DNA of 64,000 nucleotides from Escherichia coli (GTDB lineage Bacteria; Pseudomonadota; Gammaproteobacteria; Enterobacterales; Enterobacteriaceae): NCBI RefSeq assembly GCF_016026235.1, contig NZ_CP065613.1; one strand, 5' to 3'. Shown piece by piece: positions 28,700 to 40,466 of this stretch (position 1 is its first letter; each line of letters starts with the position of its first letter). The notes under the pieces were generated by a model. It saw only the letters and a program-made list of their open reading frames with translations, ran no database searches and was not told where the DNA came from. The position numbers and the translations under genes were made by a program.

Positions 28700-29530
28700 A
28701 TGTTTGTTCCGTTTCTCATTATGTTGCGCGAAGGACTTGAAGCCGCGCTGATTGTCAGTTTGATTGCCAGCTATCTTAAGCGTACCCAGCGAGGCCGATG
28801 GATTGGTGTGATGTGGATTGGCGTGTTGCTTGCCGCTGCGTTGTGCCTGGGCTTGGGGATCTTCATTAACGAAACCACCGGCGAATTTCCGCAAAAAGAG
28901 CAGGAACTGTTTGAAGGTATCGTGGCGGTGATCGCCGTGGTGATCCTTACCTGGATGGTTTTCTGGATGCGCAAAGTGTCGCGCAACGTCAAAGTACAAC
29001 TGGAGCAGGCAGTCGATAGCGCATTGCAGCGTGGAAATCATCATGGCTGGGCGCTGGTGATGATGGTCTTTTTTGCCGTTGCAAGGGAAGGGCTGGAGTC
29101 GGTCTTTTTCCTGCTGGCGGCATTTCAACAAGATGTCGGGATCTGGCCGCCGCTGGGTGCAATGCTCGGTCTTGCTACTGCCGTGGTGCTAGGCTTCCTG
29201 CTCTACTGGGGCGGTATTCGCCTCAATCTTGGTGCATTTTTTAAATGGACCAGCCTGTTTATTCTCTTCGTCGCCGCAGGGCTGGCGGCTGGTGCCATTC
29301 GCGCATTTCATGAAGCCGGATTGTGGAACCACTTTCAGGAAATCGCCTTCGATATGAGCGCAGTGCTCTCAACTCACTCGCTGTTTGGCACGCTGATGGA
29401 AGGGATTTTTGGCTATCAGGACGCACCGAGCGTCAGCGAAGTCGCCGTCTGGTTTATTTATCTCATCCCGGCGCTGGTGGCATTTGCTCTGCCACCACGC
29501 GCAGGGGCGACAGCGTCTCGCTCCGCGTAA
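28700..29530 (+). CDS. efeU: Ferrous iron permease EfeU (FTR1 family), intact
   Basis: ORF track 28691..29530; ATG at 28700 (MFVPFLIMLREGLE); two REGLE motifs; uninterrupted 276-aa frame. Confidence 0.85.
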   Translation: MFVPFLIMLREGLEAALIVSLIASYLKRTQRGRWIGVMWIGVLLAAALCLGLGIFINETTGEFPQKEQELFEGIVAVIAVVILTWMVFWMRKVSRNVKVQLEQAVDSALQRGNHHGWALVMMVFFAVAREGLESVFFLLAAFQQDVGIWPPLGAMLGLATAVVLGFLLYWGGIRLNLGAFFKWTSLFILFVAAGLAAGAIRAFHEAGLWNHFQEIAFDMSAVLSTHSLFGTLMEGIFGYQDAPSVSEVAVWFIYLIPALVAFALPPRAGATASRSA

Positions 29531-29587
29531 CAAATACGACGCAAACTCTTGCTTAGTTACAACATACTTTAAAGGGATAGTCTCGTC

Positions 29588-30715
29588 ATGACCATTAACT
29601 TCCGCCGTAACGCATTGCAGTTGAGCGTGGCTGCGCTGTTTTCTTCTGCTTTTATGGCTAACGCCGCTGATGTGCCGCAGGTCAAAGTGACCGTGACGGA
29701 TAAGCAGTGCGAACCGATGACCATTACGGTTAACGCCGGGAAAACACAGTTCATTATTCAGAACCATAGCCAGAAGGCGCTGGAGTGGGAGATCCTCAAA
29801 GGCGTGATGGTGGTGGAAGAGCGGGAAAATATCGCCCCTGGTTTTAGCCAGAAAATGACGGCGAATTTACAGCCTGGCGAATACGATATGACCTGCGGTC
29901 TGCTGACTAACCCGAAAGGGAAGTTGATCGTCAAAGGTGAGGCAACGGCGGATGCGGCGCAAAGTGATGCGCTGTTAAGTCTTGGTGGTGCAATTACTGC
30001 ATATAAAGCGTATGTCATGGCGGAAACCACGCAGCTGGTGACCGACACCAAAGCCTTTACCGACGCGATTAAAGCTGGCGATATCGAAAAAGCGAAAGCA
30101 CTGTATGCGCCGACGCGCCAGCACTATGAGCGCATTGAACCGATTGCTGAACTGTTCTCCGATCTGGATGGCAGCATTGACGCCCGTGAAGATGATTATG
30201 AGCAAAAAGCCGCCGACCCAAAATTCACTGGTTTCCACCGTCTGGAAAAAGCATTGTTTGGCGACAACACCACCAAAGGGATGGATCAGTACGCTGAGCA
30301 GCTTTATACAGATGTGGTCGATTTGCAAAAACGCATCAGTGAACTGGCTTTCCCACCTTCAAAAGTGGTCGGCGGCGCAGCCGGACTGATTGAGGAAGTG
30401 GCAGCCAGCAAAATTAGCGGTGAAGAAGATCGCTACAGCCACACCGATCTGTGGGATTTCCAGGCTAACGTTGAAGGCTCGCAGAAAATTGTCGATTTGC
30501 TGCGTCCACAACTGCAAAAAGCCAACCCGGAACTGCTGGCAAAAGTCGATGCCAACTTTAAAAAGGTCGATACCATTCTGGCGAAATACCGTACTAAAGA
30601 CGGTTTTGAAACCTACGACAAATTGACCGATGCCGACCGGAATGCACTGAAAGGACCGATTACTGCGCTGGCGGAAGATCTGGCGCAACTTCGCGGTGTG
30701 CTGGGACTGGATTAA
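29588..30715 (+). CDS. efeO: Periplasmic iron-uptake protein EfeO (cupredoxin-like / peptidase M75)
   Basis: 375-aa ORF with signal peptide. Confidence 0.9.
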   Translation: MTINFRRNALQLSVAALFSSAFMANAADVPQVKVTVTDKQCEPMTITVNAGKTQFIIQNHSQKALEWEILKGVMVVEERENIAPGFSQKMTANLQPGEYDMTCGLLTNPKGKLIVKGEATADAAQSDALLSLGGAITAYKAYVMAETTQLVTDTKAFTDAIKAGDIEKAKALYAPTRQHYERIEPIAELFSDLDGSIDAREDDYEQKAADPKFTGFHRLEKALFGDNTTKGMDQYAEQLYTDVVDLQKRISELAFPPSKVVGGAAGLIEEVAASKISGEEDRYSHTDLWDFQANVEGSQKIVDLLRPQLQKANPELLAKVDANFKKVDTILAKYRTKDGFETYDKLTDADRNALKGPITALAEDLAQLRGVLGLD

Positions 30716-30720
30716 GCGTT

Positions 30721-31992
30721 ATGCAGTATAAAGATGAAAACGGCGTGAATGAACCGTCACGCCGACGTTTACTGAAAGTGATAGGTGCACTGGCGCTGGC
30801 GGGAAGTTGTCCGGTCGCTCATGCACAAAAAACGCAAAGTGCGCCGGGTACGCTTTCACCGGATGCACGCAATGAGAAACAGCCGTTTTATGGTGAGCAT
30901 CAGGCAGGGATCCTGACGCCACAACAGGCCGCAATGATGCTGGTGGCGTTTGATGTGCTTGCCAGCGATAAAGCCGATCTTGAGCGGTTGTTTCGCTTGT
31001 TGACTCAGCGTTTTGCTTTTCTGACTCAGGGCGGAGCAGCACCAGAAACGCCAAATCCGCGCCTGCCACCACTCGATTCCGGCATTCTTGGCGGCTACAT
31101 TGCGCCCGATAATCTCACCATCACGTTATCGGTGGGTCACTCATTGTTTGATGAGCGCTTTGACCTTGCGCCACAGATGCCAAAAAAGCTGCAGAAGATG
31201 ACGCGTTTCCCCAACGACTCGCTGGATGCGGCGTTATGTCATGGTGATGTGTTGCTACAGATTTGCGCCAACACCCAGGACACGGTGATCCATGCGCTGC
31301 GCGATATCATCAAACACACGCCGGATTTGCTCAGTGTGCGCTGGAAGCGGGAAGGGTTTATTTCCGATCACGCGGCGCGTAGTAAAGGCAAAGAGACGCC
31401 GATTAATTTGCTGGGTTTCAAAGACGGCACTGCCAATCCCGATAGCCAGAATGATAAGTTGATGCAAAAAGTGGTGTGGGTAACGGCAGATCAGCAGGAG
31501 CCTGCGTGGACAATCGGTGGCAGCTATCAGGCAGTACGCTTGATTCAGTTTCGAGTGGAATTTTGGGACAGAACGCCGCTGAAAGAACAGCAGACGATTT
31601 TTGGCCGTGATAAGCAAACCGGTGCGCCGCTGGGAATGCAGCATGAGCATGATGTGCCTGATTACGCCAGCGACCCGGAAGGGAAGGTGATCGCGCTGGA
31701 CAGCCATATCCGGCTGGCGAATCCCCGCACGGCGGAGAGTGAGTCCAGCCTGATGCTGCGTCGTGGCTACAGTTATTCACTGGGCGTCACCAACTCCGGG
31801 CAACTGGATATGGGGCTACTGTTTGTCTGTTACCAACACGATCTGGAAAAAGGCTTCCTGACAGTACAAAAAAGGCTCAATGGCGAAGCGCTGGAGGAAT
31901 ACGTTAAACCTATCGGCGGCGGTTATTTTTTTGCGCTGCCGGGAGTGAAGGACGCGAACGATTATCTCGGAAGCGCGTTATTGCGGGTTTAA
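30721..31992 (+). CDS. efeB: Dye-decolorizing peroxidase EfeB (Tat substrate)
   Basis: 423-aa ORF, N-terminal RRRLLK twin-arginine motif. Confidence 0.9.
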   Translation: MQYKDENGVNEPSRRRLLKVIGALALAGSCPVAHAQKTQSAPGTLSPDARNEKQPFYGEHQAGILTPQQAAMMLVAFDVLASDKADLERLFRLLTQRFAFLTQGGAAPETPNPRLPPLDSGILGGYIAPDNLTITLSVGHSLFDERFDLAPQMPKKLQKMTRFPNDSLDAALCHGDVLLQICANTQDTVIHALRDIIKHTPDLLSVRWKREGFISDHAARSKGKETPINLLGFKDGTANPDSQNDKLMQKVVWVTADQQEPAWTIGGSYQAVRLIQFRVEFWDRTPLKEQQTIFGRDKQTGAPLGMQHEHDVPDYASDPEGKVIALDSHIRLANPRTAESESSLMLRRGYSYSLGVTNSGQLDMGLLFVCYQHDLEKGFLTVQKRLNGEALEEYVKPIGGGYFFALPGVKDANDYLGSALLRV

Positions 31993-32000
31993 TGTTTTTA

Positions 32001-32140
32001 GACGGATAAGGCGTTCTTGCGCAGATGCCTGATGCGATGCTTGCGCGTCTTCTTATGCCTACAATCGGCGCGGGTTCGGTAGGCGGATAAGGCGTTCACG
32101 CCGCATACGGCGTTCGTGCGCAGATGCCTGATGCGAATCC
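32001..32140. repeat. REP / BIME cluster downstream of efeB
   Basis: Tandem inverted units gcagatgcctgatgcga... and ggcggataaggcgttcacgccgcatacgg typical of E. coli REP elements. Confidence 0.55.
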
Positions 32141-32335
32141 TGCTGAAAGCACACAGCTTTTTTCATATCTGTCATCACTCTGTCATCTTTCCAGTAGAAA
32201 CTAATGTCACTGAAATGGTGTTTTATAGTTAAATATAAGTAAATATATTGTTGCAATAAATGCGAGATCTGTTGTACTTATTAAGTAGCAGCGTAAGTTC
32301 CCGGCAGTGATAGTCAGTCACTATGGAGATCGCGG

Positions 32336-33400
32336 ATGGTAACGTCCTGTACTGGACATGTTTTAGATAATCAACGCGCCACCACTCGCGGAGTTTTCTC
32401 CTCCGGTAGTCATCTCGTCACTTTGCATTTTCAACCTCATCCTTTCTTTTCATGTGTTACCGACGCCGTAAACGGTGCGCGTAGCCGTTTTTCGGCATTT
32501 TATCCAAAAGCAAACTATGGCTTACAAGGAAGCCAACCCTCTGATGTTCGTGCGCATAATCGCGCTGCCAACGGCGCGTGTGATGAATACAAACAACTCA
32601 AGGTGCTCTCCATGGGAAGACAAAAAGCAGTGATCAAAGCTCGTCGCGAGGCAAAACGTGTGCTGAGACGGGATTCGCGCAGCCATAAGCAGCGTGAAGA
32701 AGAATCGGTCACCTCGCTTGTGCAGATGGGCGGCGTAGAAGCCATTGGTATGGCCCGCGACAGTCACGATACTTCGCCCATCCTCGCGCGAAATGAAGCG
32801 CAATTGCACTATCTGAAGGCTATTGAGAGTAAGCAGCTGATATTCGCCACGGGCGAAGCCGGGTGCGGAAAAACCTGGATCAGCGCAGCAAAAGCGGCAG
32901 AGGCCCTGATACATAAGGATGTCGACAGGATTATCGTCACCCGTCCAGTTCTGCAAGCCGATGAAGATCTTGGCTTCTTACCTGGAGATATCGCAGAAAA
33001 GTTTGCTCCCTATTTTCGCCCGGTCTACGACGTGCTGGTCCGGCGCTTAGGGGCTTCCTTTATGCAGTACTGCCTGCGACCGGAAATAGGGAAGGTGGAA
33101 ATCGCGCCGTTCGCCTATATGCGTGGACGTACCTTTGAAAATGCAGTCGTCATTCTTGACGAGGCGCAGAATGTGACTGCCGCGCAAATGAAAATGTTTT
33201 TAACCCGCCTCGGGGAGAACGTGACGGTTATCGTCAACGGTGATATCACGCAATGCGATTTGCCTCGCGGCGTCTGCTCCGGATTAAGTGACGCGCTGGA
33301 ACGTTTCGAAGAAGATGAAATGGTTGGGATCGTCCGGTTCGGAAAAGAGGATTGCGTACGTTCGGCACTTTGCCAACGTACGCTGCATGCATACAGTTAA
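32336..33400 (+). CDS. phoH: Phosphate-starvation-inducible ATPase PhoH
   Basis: 354-aa ORF with Walker A GEAGCGKT. Confidence 0.9.
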   Translation: MVTSCTGHVLDNQRATTRGVFSSGSHLVTLHFQPHPFFSCVTDAVNGARSRFSAFYPKANYGLQGSQPSDVRAHNRAANGACDEYKQLKVLSMGRQKAVIKARREAKRVLRRDSRSHKQREEESVTSLVQMGGVEAIGMARDSHDTSPILARNEAQLHYLKAIESKQLIFATGEAGCGKTWISAAKAAEALIHKDVDRIIVTRPVLQADEDLGFLPGDIAEKFAPYFRPVYDVLVRRLGASFMQYCLRPEIGKVEIAPFAYMRGRTFENAVVILDEAQNVTAAQMKMFLTRLGENVTVIVNGDITQCDLPRGVCSGLSDALERFEEDEMVGIVRFGKEDCVRSALCQRTLHAYS

Positions 33401-33449
33401 GTGTATTATCGGTGCAGAGCCCGGGCGAACCGGGCTTTGTTTTGGGTGT

Positions 33450-33863
33450 TTATGCCCGGACTAGCGCTTTTTCTGAAACAACCATTTTTATTTGCCCCTG
33501 GCTGGTGAAGTGTACGCTCATCCTGTGGCTTTTTTGTAGTTGCTGATAGAGCTCATCAGGTATTGCTAAGCTCTCTGCATATTCTTGCGGCGTATATTGG
33601 TAGGCTGCATGATGCTGCTGTTTTTGAAAACGCAGCTTATTGTACAGCGCCCAGACAATTAACACGACGGCATTCGCCACTGCCAGCAAAAAATAGAACT
33701 GAAGTCGGCTTCTGGCCTCGCTTTGCCAGTAATAACCCGTCAGCAGATCCATGGCGAATAAGAATATGAACAAAGCAAATAATGTCCACAAGATGGTTGT
33801 GGCAACATAATCAACCAGTAAACGTACTGGTGATTGTCGGGTCGTAATAATTAAATTGTTCAT
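33450..33863 (-). CDS. pgaD: PGA biosynthesis protein PgaD
   Basis: 137-aa membrane ORF downstream of pgaC. Confidence 0.85.
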
Positions 33864-33864
33864 A

Positions 33865-35190
33865 TTAACCTCTCAGAATCCCGCGATCAGGACTTACCCA
33901 ACGGGCGCGTTGCTTTTTAGGCATCAACATGACTCGTGTAAATGATACCAATGTCGTTGCCAGGCTCAGCATCCAGAAAATAACCGGGAACCAAATAATC
34001 CAGAAAAGCGATGAAGTCAGATTATGCTCATAGCGATTCTCGATCATCAGGCTGACAATAAATTGCAGTAAACATAACGTACACAATAATATTCCGGCAG
34101 TATGTGTCGCAGCGATATGTGTCAATTCAATATTTAACGGTACACCGGCAAGTTGGACTGCGTAAATAATGAAACCGACCAGGCAGGTGAAGGCCCATAT
34201 TGTCGTCAGGCAGTATTCAAAAAACAGCGGCCACATTCGAAAGTTTTCTTTGCGCCACAACCTTGTCATATTTTTGAGGAATACTTCTGCACCGCCCTGA
34301 GCCCAGCGCAGGCGCTGTTTCCACAGCCCTTTTAACGTTTCAGGCATTAATATCCAGCACAGCGCCCGTGGCTCGTAAAAAATCGTCCACTGATTCAACT
34401 GCAGCTTCCAGCTAATATCAATATCTTCGGTGATCATATCGTCACTCCAGTAACCCACTTCTGCCAGGGCGCTGCGACGAAATGCGGCAATAACACCGGA
34501 AACGGTAAATACGTTTCCATAGATACGCTGGGTTCGCTTGATCAAACCAATAATTGAGGAATACTCGCCAACCTGAATTTTACCCACCAGGGTAGAACGT
34601 GTTCGAATACGAGGATTACCGGTTACGGCACCCACACGCGGGTTGTACAACATCGGTTCCACAATATATGCCGCCGCATCGCGGTCTAATAACGCATCGC
34701 CATCAATGCACACCAGATATTCACTTTTCGCCGCGGCAGCTCCGGTTTTAAGCGCAATGGCTTTCCCCTGGTTTTGCGCCAGATGAATGACCCGCAAATG
34801 GGGAATTTGTGCAGCCATGCGATCCAGGATGGCACGGGTTTTATCTGTTGAACCGTCATTTACGGCAATAACTTCAATGTTCTCATAACGCTGTGCTAAA
34901 GCGGCGTGTATGGTTTCCTCAACGTTTTTCTCCTCATTAAAACAGGGAATGATAATGGAGATAGACGGATTATCTTTCAACTGGGGAGCTGGTGCGTTTT
35001 CTCCCCACGGCCAGTGGCGTTCACGATAGACCCAGAAATAGACGCCGCCAACAATCCACATAATGGACATAAAAAACGGCCAGAAGAAAACGAACCTCAT
35101 CATCAGTTCACCAGAGTGAAAGTACGCTACGCATAGGGGTATGCATAACACCAGACATAATATAAAAAACGATACGATGCGATTAATCAT
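33865..35190 (-). CDS. pgaC: Poly-beta-1,6-N-acetylglucosamine synthase PgaC (GT2)
   Basis: 441-aa ORF, glycosyltransferase family 2 motifs (DGS, QRLRW). Confidence 0.9.
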
Positions 35191-36685
35191 TTTTCGGATA
35201 CCAGGCTGTTGAAAACTCAGGACGAATAACGTCTATTTCAGGTTGGTTATGCAGAAAATTGTCGGGATAATAACCATAGTTTTTCACTCCATTCAGTTGT
35301 AATAGGCTCATCCAGTGAGCGAGTTGTTGCGAAGAAATAGCCTGATGCTGACCATTTTTCTGCCAGTTTTGTGCCTGTAATTCTAAAATAGATTTGTCTT
35401 TAGCCTGAGGGATGCTTTTAATCTGATTGGTCAGTTGTATTAACCATTGATCAGCCGATTTTTCTGCGACACCTTCCATATAAGGCATAGCCATAATAGC
35501 GGTCCAGTCATAGCTTTTTAGGAAATCAGCATAATTCTGTGCAAACCAGGCTTCACTTTCAGGTTGTGTTACCGGAAGTGCAAAAATATTTCGTGCAGTT
35601 TTAACATGTGGACCACGAATGGCTTTTACGCGCGCACTAAGTTCTAAAGTGAAGTCAGTTAACGCACGACTTTTAAAGCGGGTCCACTGTTTAAATTGCT
35701 CCGGGTTTTGTCGAATTTCGCTCAGACTCCCGCTAAAGCCTGCTTGCTGATAAGCCGCGATAGCCGGTGCACTGGCATCTTCATAATCTGAAAGCAAAGC
35801 ATCATCGTGGAACAATAGGCCATCAAAAGCAGCATGTCCGGCAAGATCTTCATATAACATGCCAACTTGTGCTCTGACCCTGTCATCAAAAGGCGAGAGA
35901 CGGCGATATTGTTCAGGATGAATTTGTGCTTTTTTCTCCCCAGTTGGTAAGTATTTTACTCGCGTTAATGTGGGATCTAAATCCCAGCTTAATACCGGCA
36001 TCCACGCATAGATGTTTACACCTGAGCGGGTACGTAATTGCCAGGCAACCCGACTAAAAATATCTGCTTTCATTGGTAGCAAACGATTTGGAAACCAGAC
36101 TTCTTTGACCAGCCCATCACCATCGGGATCAGCAAATGCCTGCAAATACACGGTTGATATTTGCATATCTTTCACCCGCTGAATTAGCACATCAATATTG
36201 CGATCCATTTGCTGGCGGTTTTCGTCATAAACGTAATCAAGATCGATATGCATTATCCGTTGTGGTGATTTTTCCTGTACGGTAATAATTTTCTGGGCAA
36301 ACTCTTTTAATGAGGGATTATTGGCGATTAATACTCGCGGAATGGAATCCAATTGCGACGCATTTGCCAAACCTGATTCAAGGGTGAAGAACATGTCATA
36401 ACCGAGTTTTTTTAATTCCTCTATCGCTATGCCATTCGCTTCGCCATAAGGCCAAACAAAAACGTGTGGATTTACCTTAGCCTTTGTACGCAGGTATTCC
36501 GTCATTTTTACAGCATCCAGACGAATTCTTTCCCGGTATTCTGCTGCGGTTTCATACCGTGCGTGGTCAGTAAAATATGCACGATTTACATATACAGGCA
36601 ATAAGCTGCCGGTGGCATTAGCCTGAATACCGTAGTGAGAATTCCATGTATGAGAAGAGACCTCAACGAGCGGGGAACGCGCAAC
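35183..36685 (-). pseudogene. pgaB: pgaB remnant lacking about 170 N-terminal codons; frame runs into the IS3 end
   Basis: ORF track 35183..36601 (472 aa) matches the C-terminal ~500 aa of PgaB (672 aa in K-12 from memory); upstream sequence is replaced by IS3 at 36686. Confidence 0.8.
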
Positions 36686-36715
36686 TGATCCTACCCACGT
36701 AATATGGACACAGGC

Positions 36716-37582
36716 CTAAGCGAGGTTCTGGTTTTCAAATTGTTCCGGACTGAGGCCGCCACACCAACTGTGCCGCCGCCACCGATTGTAATCACATTCG
36801 ATATAATTAAACACCGTTGCCCGCATTATTTCCCGGCTGATAAAGTGTTCTCCATGGATACATTCCACTTTCAGCGAATGAAAGAAGCTTTCCACGCAGG
36901 CATTATCGTAGCAGCAACCTTTTGCGCTCATACTTCCACGCAGATTATGCCGCTTCAGTTGCGCCTGATAATCTGCTGAACAGTACTGGCCTCCACGGTC
37001 CGTGTGAACGATAACGTTCCGGGGCCTCTTACGCCGCCACAGCGCCATCTGCAGGGCATCGCAGGCCAGTTGCGCCGTCATGCGTGGCGACATTGACCAG
37101 CCAATAACGGCACGTGACCACAGGTCAATGACCACTGCCAGATACAGCCAGCCTTCATCTGTACGTAAGTACGTGATGTCTCCTGCCCACTTCTGGTTCG
37201 GGCCACTGGCGTAAAAATCCTGCTCCAACAGATTTTCTGACACAGGCAGGCCGTGTGCGCGGTAGCTGACCGGGCTGAACTTCCGGGAGGCCTTTGCCCT
37301 CAGTCCCTGACGGCGCAGGCTTGCCGCCACGGTTTTTACGTTAAAGGGGTAACCCTGAGCACGCAGTTCATCCGTCAGGCGTGGGGCACCGTAACGCTGT
37401 TTTGACCGGGTAAAAGCCGCGAGGACAACGCTGTCGCAGTGTTGGCGGAACTGCTGACGCGTGCTTATCCTTGTCCGCCGCTGACACCACGTATACCAGC
37501 CGCTGCGGGCCACCCGGAGCACGCGGCACATTGCTTTGATGCTGAACTCAGCCTGATGTTTTTCAATAAAGACATACTTCAT
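36716..37582 (-). CDS. insF: IS3 transposase OrfB (DDE integrase domain)
   Basis: 288-aa ORF, DDE motif region, overlaps insE in the -1 frame. Confidence 0.85.
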   Translation of the reverse strand: MKYVFIEKHQAEFSIKAMCRVLRVARSGWYTWCQRRTRISTRQQFRQHCDSVVLAAFTRSKQRYGAPRLTDELRAQGYPFNVKTVAASLRRQGLRAKASRKFSPVSYRAHGLPVSENLLEQDFYASGPNQKWAGDITYLRTDEGWLYLAVVIDLWSRAVIGWSMSPRMTAQLACDALQMALWRRKRPRNVIVHTDRGGQYCSADYQAQLKRHNLRGSMSAKGCCYDNACVESFFHSLKVECIHGEHFISREIMRATVFNYIECDYNRWRRHSWCGGLSPEQFENQNLA

Positions 37583-37878
37583 TTCAGGCGCTTCGCGAAG
37601 TATGTCGCGGCCTTTTGGAGGATAGCCAGCTCTTCATCCCGTTCTGCCAGCTGGCGTTTGAGACGTGCAATCTCGGTAGACATCTCCAGTTCACGTTCAG
37701 AAGACGTCTGCTGATTTTGCTGTTTACTGCGCCAGTTGTAGAGCTGTGATTCATACAGGCTGAGTTCACGGGCTGCGGCAGTAACACCGATGCGTTCAGC
37801 AAGCTTCAGGGCTTCACTGCGAAATTCAGGCGAATGCTGTTTACGGGGTTTTTTACTGGTTGATACTGTTTTTGTCAT
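37579..37878 (-). CDS. insE: IS3 transposase OrfA (HTH)
   Basis: ORF track 37579..37887; ATG start gives [19 protein letters not shown] (99 aa). Confidence 0.85.
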   Translation of the reverse strand: MTKTVSTSKKPRKQHSPEFRSEALKLAERIGVTAAARELSLYESQLYNWRSKQQNQQTSSERELEMSTEIARLKRQLAERDEELAILQKAATYFAKRLK

Positions 37879-38050
37879 GTGAGTCACCTCTGACTGAGAG
37901 TTTACTCACTTAGCCGCGTGTCCACTATTGCTGGGTAAGATCAATAAGTAATAAGCCCTATTTGGGGAATATGTTAAATGATTTTGCTGGCGTGGATCAG
38001 CAACGAGTTATGCATTGTCGTAAAGCATTTAGTGATGCAAAGGTATTCAA

Positions 38051-39037
38051 ATGATTCCTGATTATTTAACTTTTATTCGCTTTCAGGATAAACGAAATCT
38101 GATATACATTTATGCTATTGGACTTATTCTGATAGGCTTTTATTGGAAGAATGCAGGGTTTACTTTTCCATCAGAGGATATTGGTGTAGTTAGTGGGATT
38201 CTGGCCCTGGTGCTGTATAATTTTATTTTTGATCTCAAGGCGTACTGGGCTTATAAATGCGTCACGAAGAATATCGATTTTTCGTGGTTTAAGAAAAAGC
38301 AGAACCACAAAATAGAATTATTTCTTACACAACCTCTGGTGGCAGGATTTCTGTCGTTAATCATGTTGAGTGCAATGAGTTGGGGGCTATACCAGCTTCT
38401 ACCCTCGTTATATGCGCTGTTCCTGATTTCGTTACTTGGGCCGTTGGTCATCTTTCTGCTGTTTCGGATGATCCGCACCAGTTATGTCAAGCAGGTCGCT
38501 ATTTCAGTAGCGAAAAAAGTAAAATATAAAAGTCTGACTCGCTATGTGCTGCTTTCGGTGTGCATCTCAACGGTTGTTAACCTGCTTACTATCAGCCCGT
38601 TGCGTAACAGTGATTCTTTTGTGACAGAGGGGCAGTGGTTAACGTTTAAATCGATAATTGCATTGCTCATTCTTTGTGGCGTAGTGTTGGCGATTAATCT
38701 GTTTTTTCTGCGCTTCTCCAAGCGGTACGCTTTTCTGGGCAGGCTTTTTTTGCAGGAAATCGATCTGTTTTTCTCCAGTGAAAATGCGTTGTCGACCTTT
38801 TTTGCCAAGCCGCTTTGGCTTCGGTTATTCATATTGCTGGTTATTGAAATGATGTGGATTACGCTGGTGTCGGTATTGGCAACGCTTGTGGAATGGCGGA
38901 TTTGGTTTGAAGCCTATTTTTTACTCTGCTATGTACCGTGCTTAATTTACTATTTTTTCCATTGTCGATTCCTCTGGCATAACGATTTTATGATGGCATG
39001 TGACATGTATTTCCGTTGGGGGCATTTTAATAAGTGA
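38051..39037 (+). CDS. ycdU: Inner-membrane protein YcdU
   Basis: 328-aa polytopic membrane ORF, AT-rich. Confidence 0.8.
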   Translation: MIPDYLTFIRFQDKRNLIYIYAIGLILIGFYWKNAGFTFPSEDIGVVSGILALVLYNFIFDLKAYWAYKCVTKNIDFSWFKKKQNHKIELFLTQPLVAGFLSLIMLSAMSWGLYQLLPSLYALFLISLLGPLVIFLLFRMIRTSYVKQVAISVAKKVKYKSLTRYVLLSVCISTVVNLLTISPLRNSDSFVTEGQWLTFKSIIALLILCGVVLAINLFFLRFSKRYAFLGRLFLQEIDLFFSSENALSTFFAKPLWLRLFILLVIEMMWITLVSVLATLVEWRIWFEAYFLLCYVPCLIYYFFHCRFLWHNDFMMACDMYFRWGHFNK

Positions 39038-39172
39038 GGAAGTTACAGGAAGTGACCAGATAACGCATATATGTTCTCTACTATCTTGCGCATTTTGATT
39101 GTTGACTGAGTAACCAGACAGTTGATGTGCACAATTTCCCCTCGCCCTAACAGACGTGGGCGGGGGCACCCG

Positions 39173-39244
39173 GTGTGTGCAATATACGAAAAAAAAGCCC
39201 GTACTTTCGTACGGGCTCTTCTTTAAATATGGCGGTGAGGGGGG
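39173..39244. repeat. Direct repeat copy A (72 bp): serX terminator plus last ~14 nt of the tRNA 3' end, orphaned from the tRNA
   Basis: Identical except 1 nt to 40806-40877; contains perfect hairpin gcccgtac-tttc-gtacgggc. Confidence 0.7.
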
Positions 39245-39269
39245 TGCCCCTATTAAGTTGTCAAGCATG

Positions 39270-40466
39270 TTATGACCCCTGCGGGGTATAAAAAGTCCCG
39301 TCGCGCATCATGGCGAACAGAACGTCGCAGCGTCGTCTCGCCAGGGCGATAAGCGCCTGATTGTGTCGTTTTCCCTGACTCATTTTGCGGGTGTAGTAAG
39401 CCCTGGAGAGCGGATCCCTGAGCGCGGCGAAGGCCGACAGGAACAACGCCCGTTTGAGAGCTTTATTACCCCGTCGCGAGGGATGCTCACCGCGTATTGA
39501 CGAGCCGGATCGCCGAGTTACCGGCGCAAGGCCAGCATAAGCAGCGAGATGTGCGGCAGAGGCGAAGGCGCGGCAGGCGACCTCGGTGAGGAGTCTGGCT
39601 GCGGTCCTGACACCGACTCCGGGCATACTGGTCAGGACCGGGTAAAGAGGGTGAGCAAGAACTCGCTGTTCTACCTCAAGCGCCACCTCGTCTCTTTGCT
39701 TACGCAGCGTGATGAGCTGGAGTGCCAGACGTGGCAGTACTACGGCAGCGGCATTCGTGCCGGGAACGACGACGGTTTGTTCGGCCAGTGCCTGAGCTAT
39801 GTCTGCTGCAAGGCGTTTACCCAGACGAGGCGCAAGTTTGCAGAGCTGGGCTGCCAGCTTCTTCTCACCCAGCGAAGCGAGTTTTTCTGGTGAGGGATAT
39901 CGCTGGAGAAGATCGAGTACCGCCGGGTGCTCAAGTCTCGGACCGAGAACGCGCTCCAGTGCCGGATGTATCTGGGTCAGAAGGCCGCGGATACGGTTGC
40001 TGGCCTGCGTTGTCTGTGCGGCAAGATCATCATCGAAGCCGCAGAGCATGGAGAGTTCGGCGATTTGCTCGTCAGCCAGTTTCAGCGTGCGTAGCGCGTG
40101 AGGCAGGGTACGGGCAGCTTCGGCAATGATGGCAGCGTCACGAGCATCAGTTTTAGCTTCACCGGCGTGTAAGTCGGCTATGCGGCGCATGGCCAGTCCA
40201 GGGAGGTATCCGACAAGGACTCCTTCTGAGCGGGCAACGGCGACAGGTAACGCACCGATGGTAGCTGGCTGATCAACAACCAGCAGTATCTGACCATGTT
40301 GTTTCAGGTCAGATATTAGCGACCTGAGTTTGTTTTCGTCGTTGGGTAATGCTTTATCGAACAGGCGTTTACCTGAACGATTAATGGCAACAGCGTGATG
40401 CGTATCTTTACCGACATCAACGCCGATAAAGACCTGGACGGATTCGTAATCGCTGGATTCGGTCAT
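39270..40466 (-). CDS. IS110-family DEDD transposase / recombinase (398 aa)
   Basis: N-terminal VFIGVDVGKDTHHAV (RuvC-like DEDD domain) and C-terminal SMPGVGVRTAARLL...AAYAGLAPVTRRSGSS (Transposase_20-like) motifs. Confidence 0.85.
   Translation of the reverse strand: MTESSDYESVQVFIGVDVGKDTHHAVAINRSGKRLFDKALPNDENKLRSLISDLKQHGQILLVVDQPATIGALPVAVARSEGVLVGYLPGLAMRRIADLHAGEAKTDARDAAIIAEAARTLPHALRTLKLADEQIAELSMLCGFDDDLAAQTTQASNRIRGLLTQIHPALERVLGPRLEHPAVLDLLQRYPSPEKLASLGEKKLAAQLCKLAPRLGKRLAADIAQALAEQTVVVPGTNAAAVVLPRLALQLITLRKQRDEVALEVEQRVLAHPLYPVLTSMPGVGVRTAARLLTEVACRAFASAAHLAAYAGLAPVTRRSGSSIRGEHPSRRGNKALKRALFLSAFAALRDPLSRAYYTRKMSQGKRHNQALIALARRRCDVLFAMMRDGTFYTPQGS

Larger units (their letters stand above)
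36686..37943 (-). mobile_element. IS3 (1258 bp) with imperfect terminal inverted repeats tgatcctaccc... / ...gggtaagatca
   Basis: Both IS3 ends read directly; contains insE/insF; flanking 3 bp differ (aac vs ata), so no target-site duplication. Confidence 0.9.
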
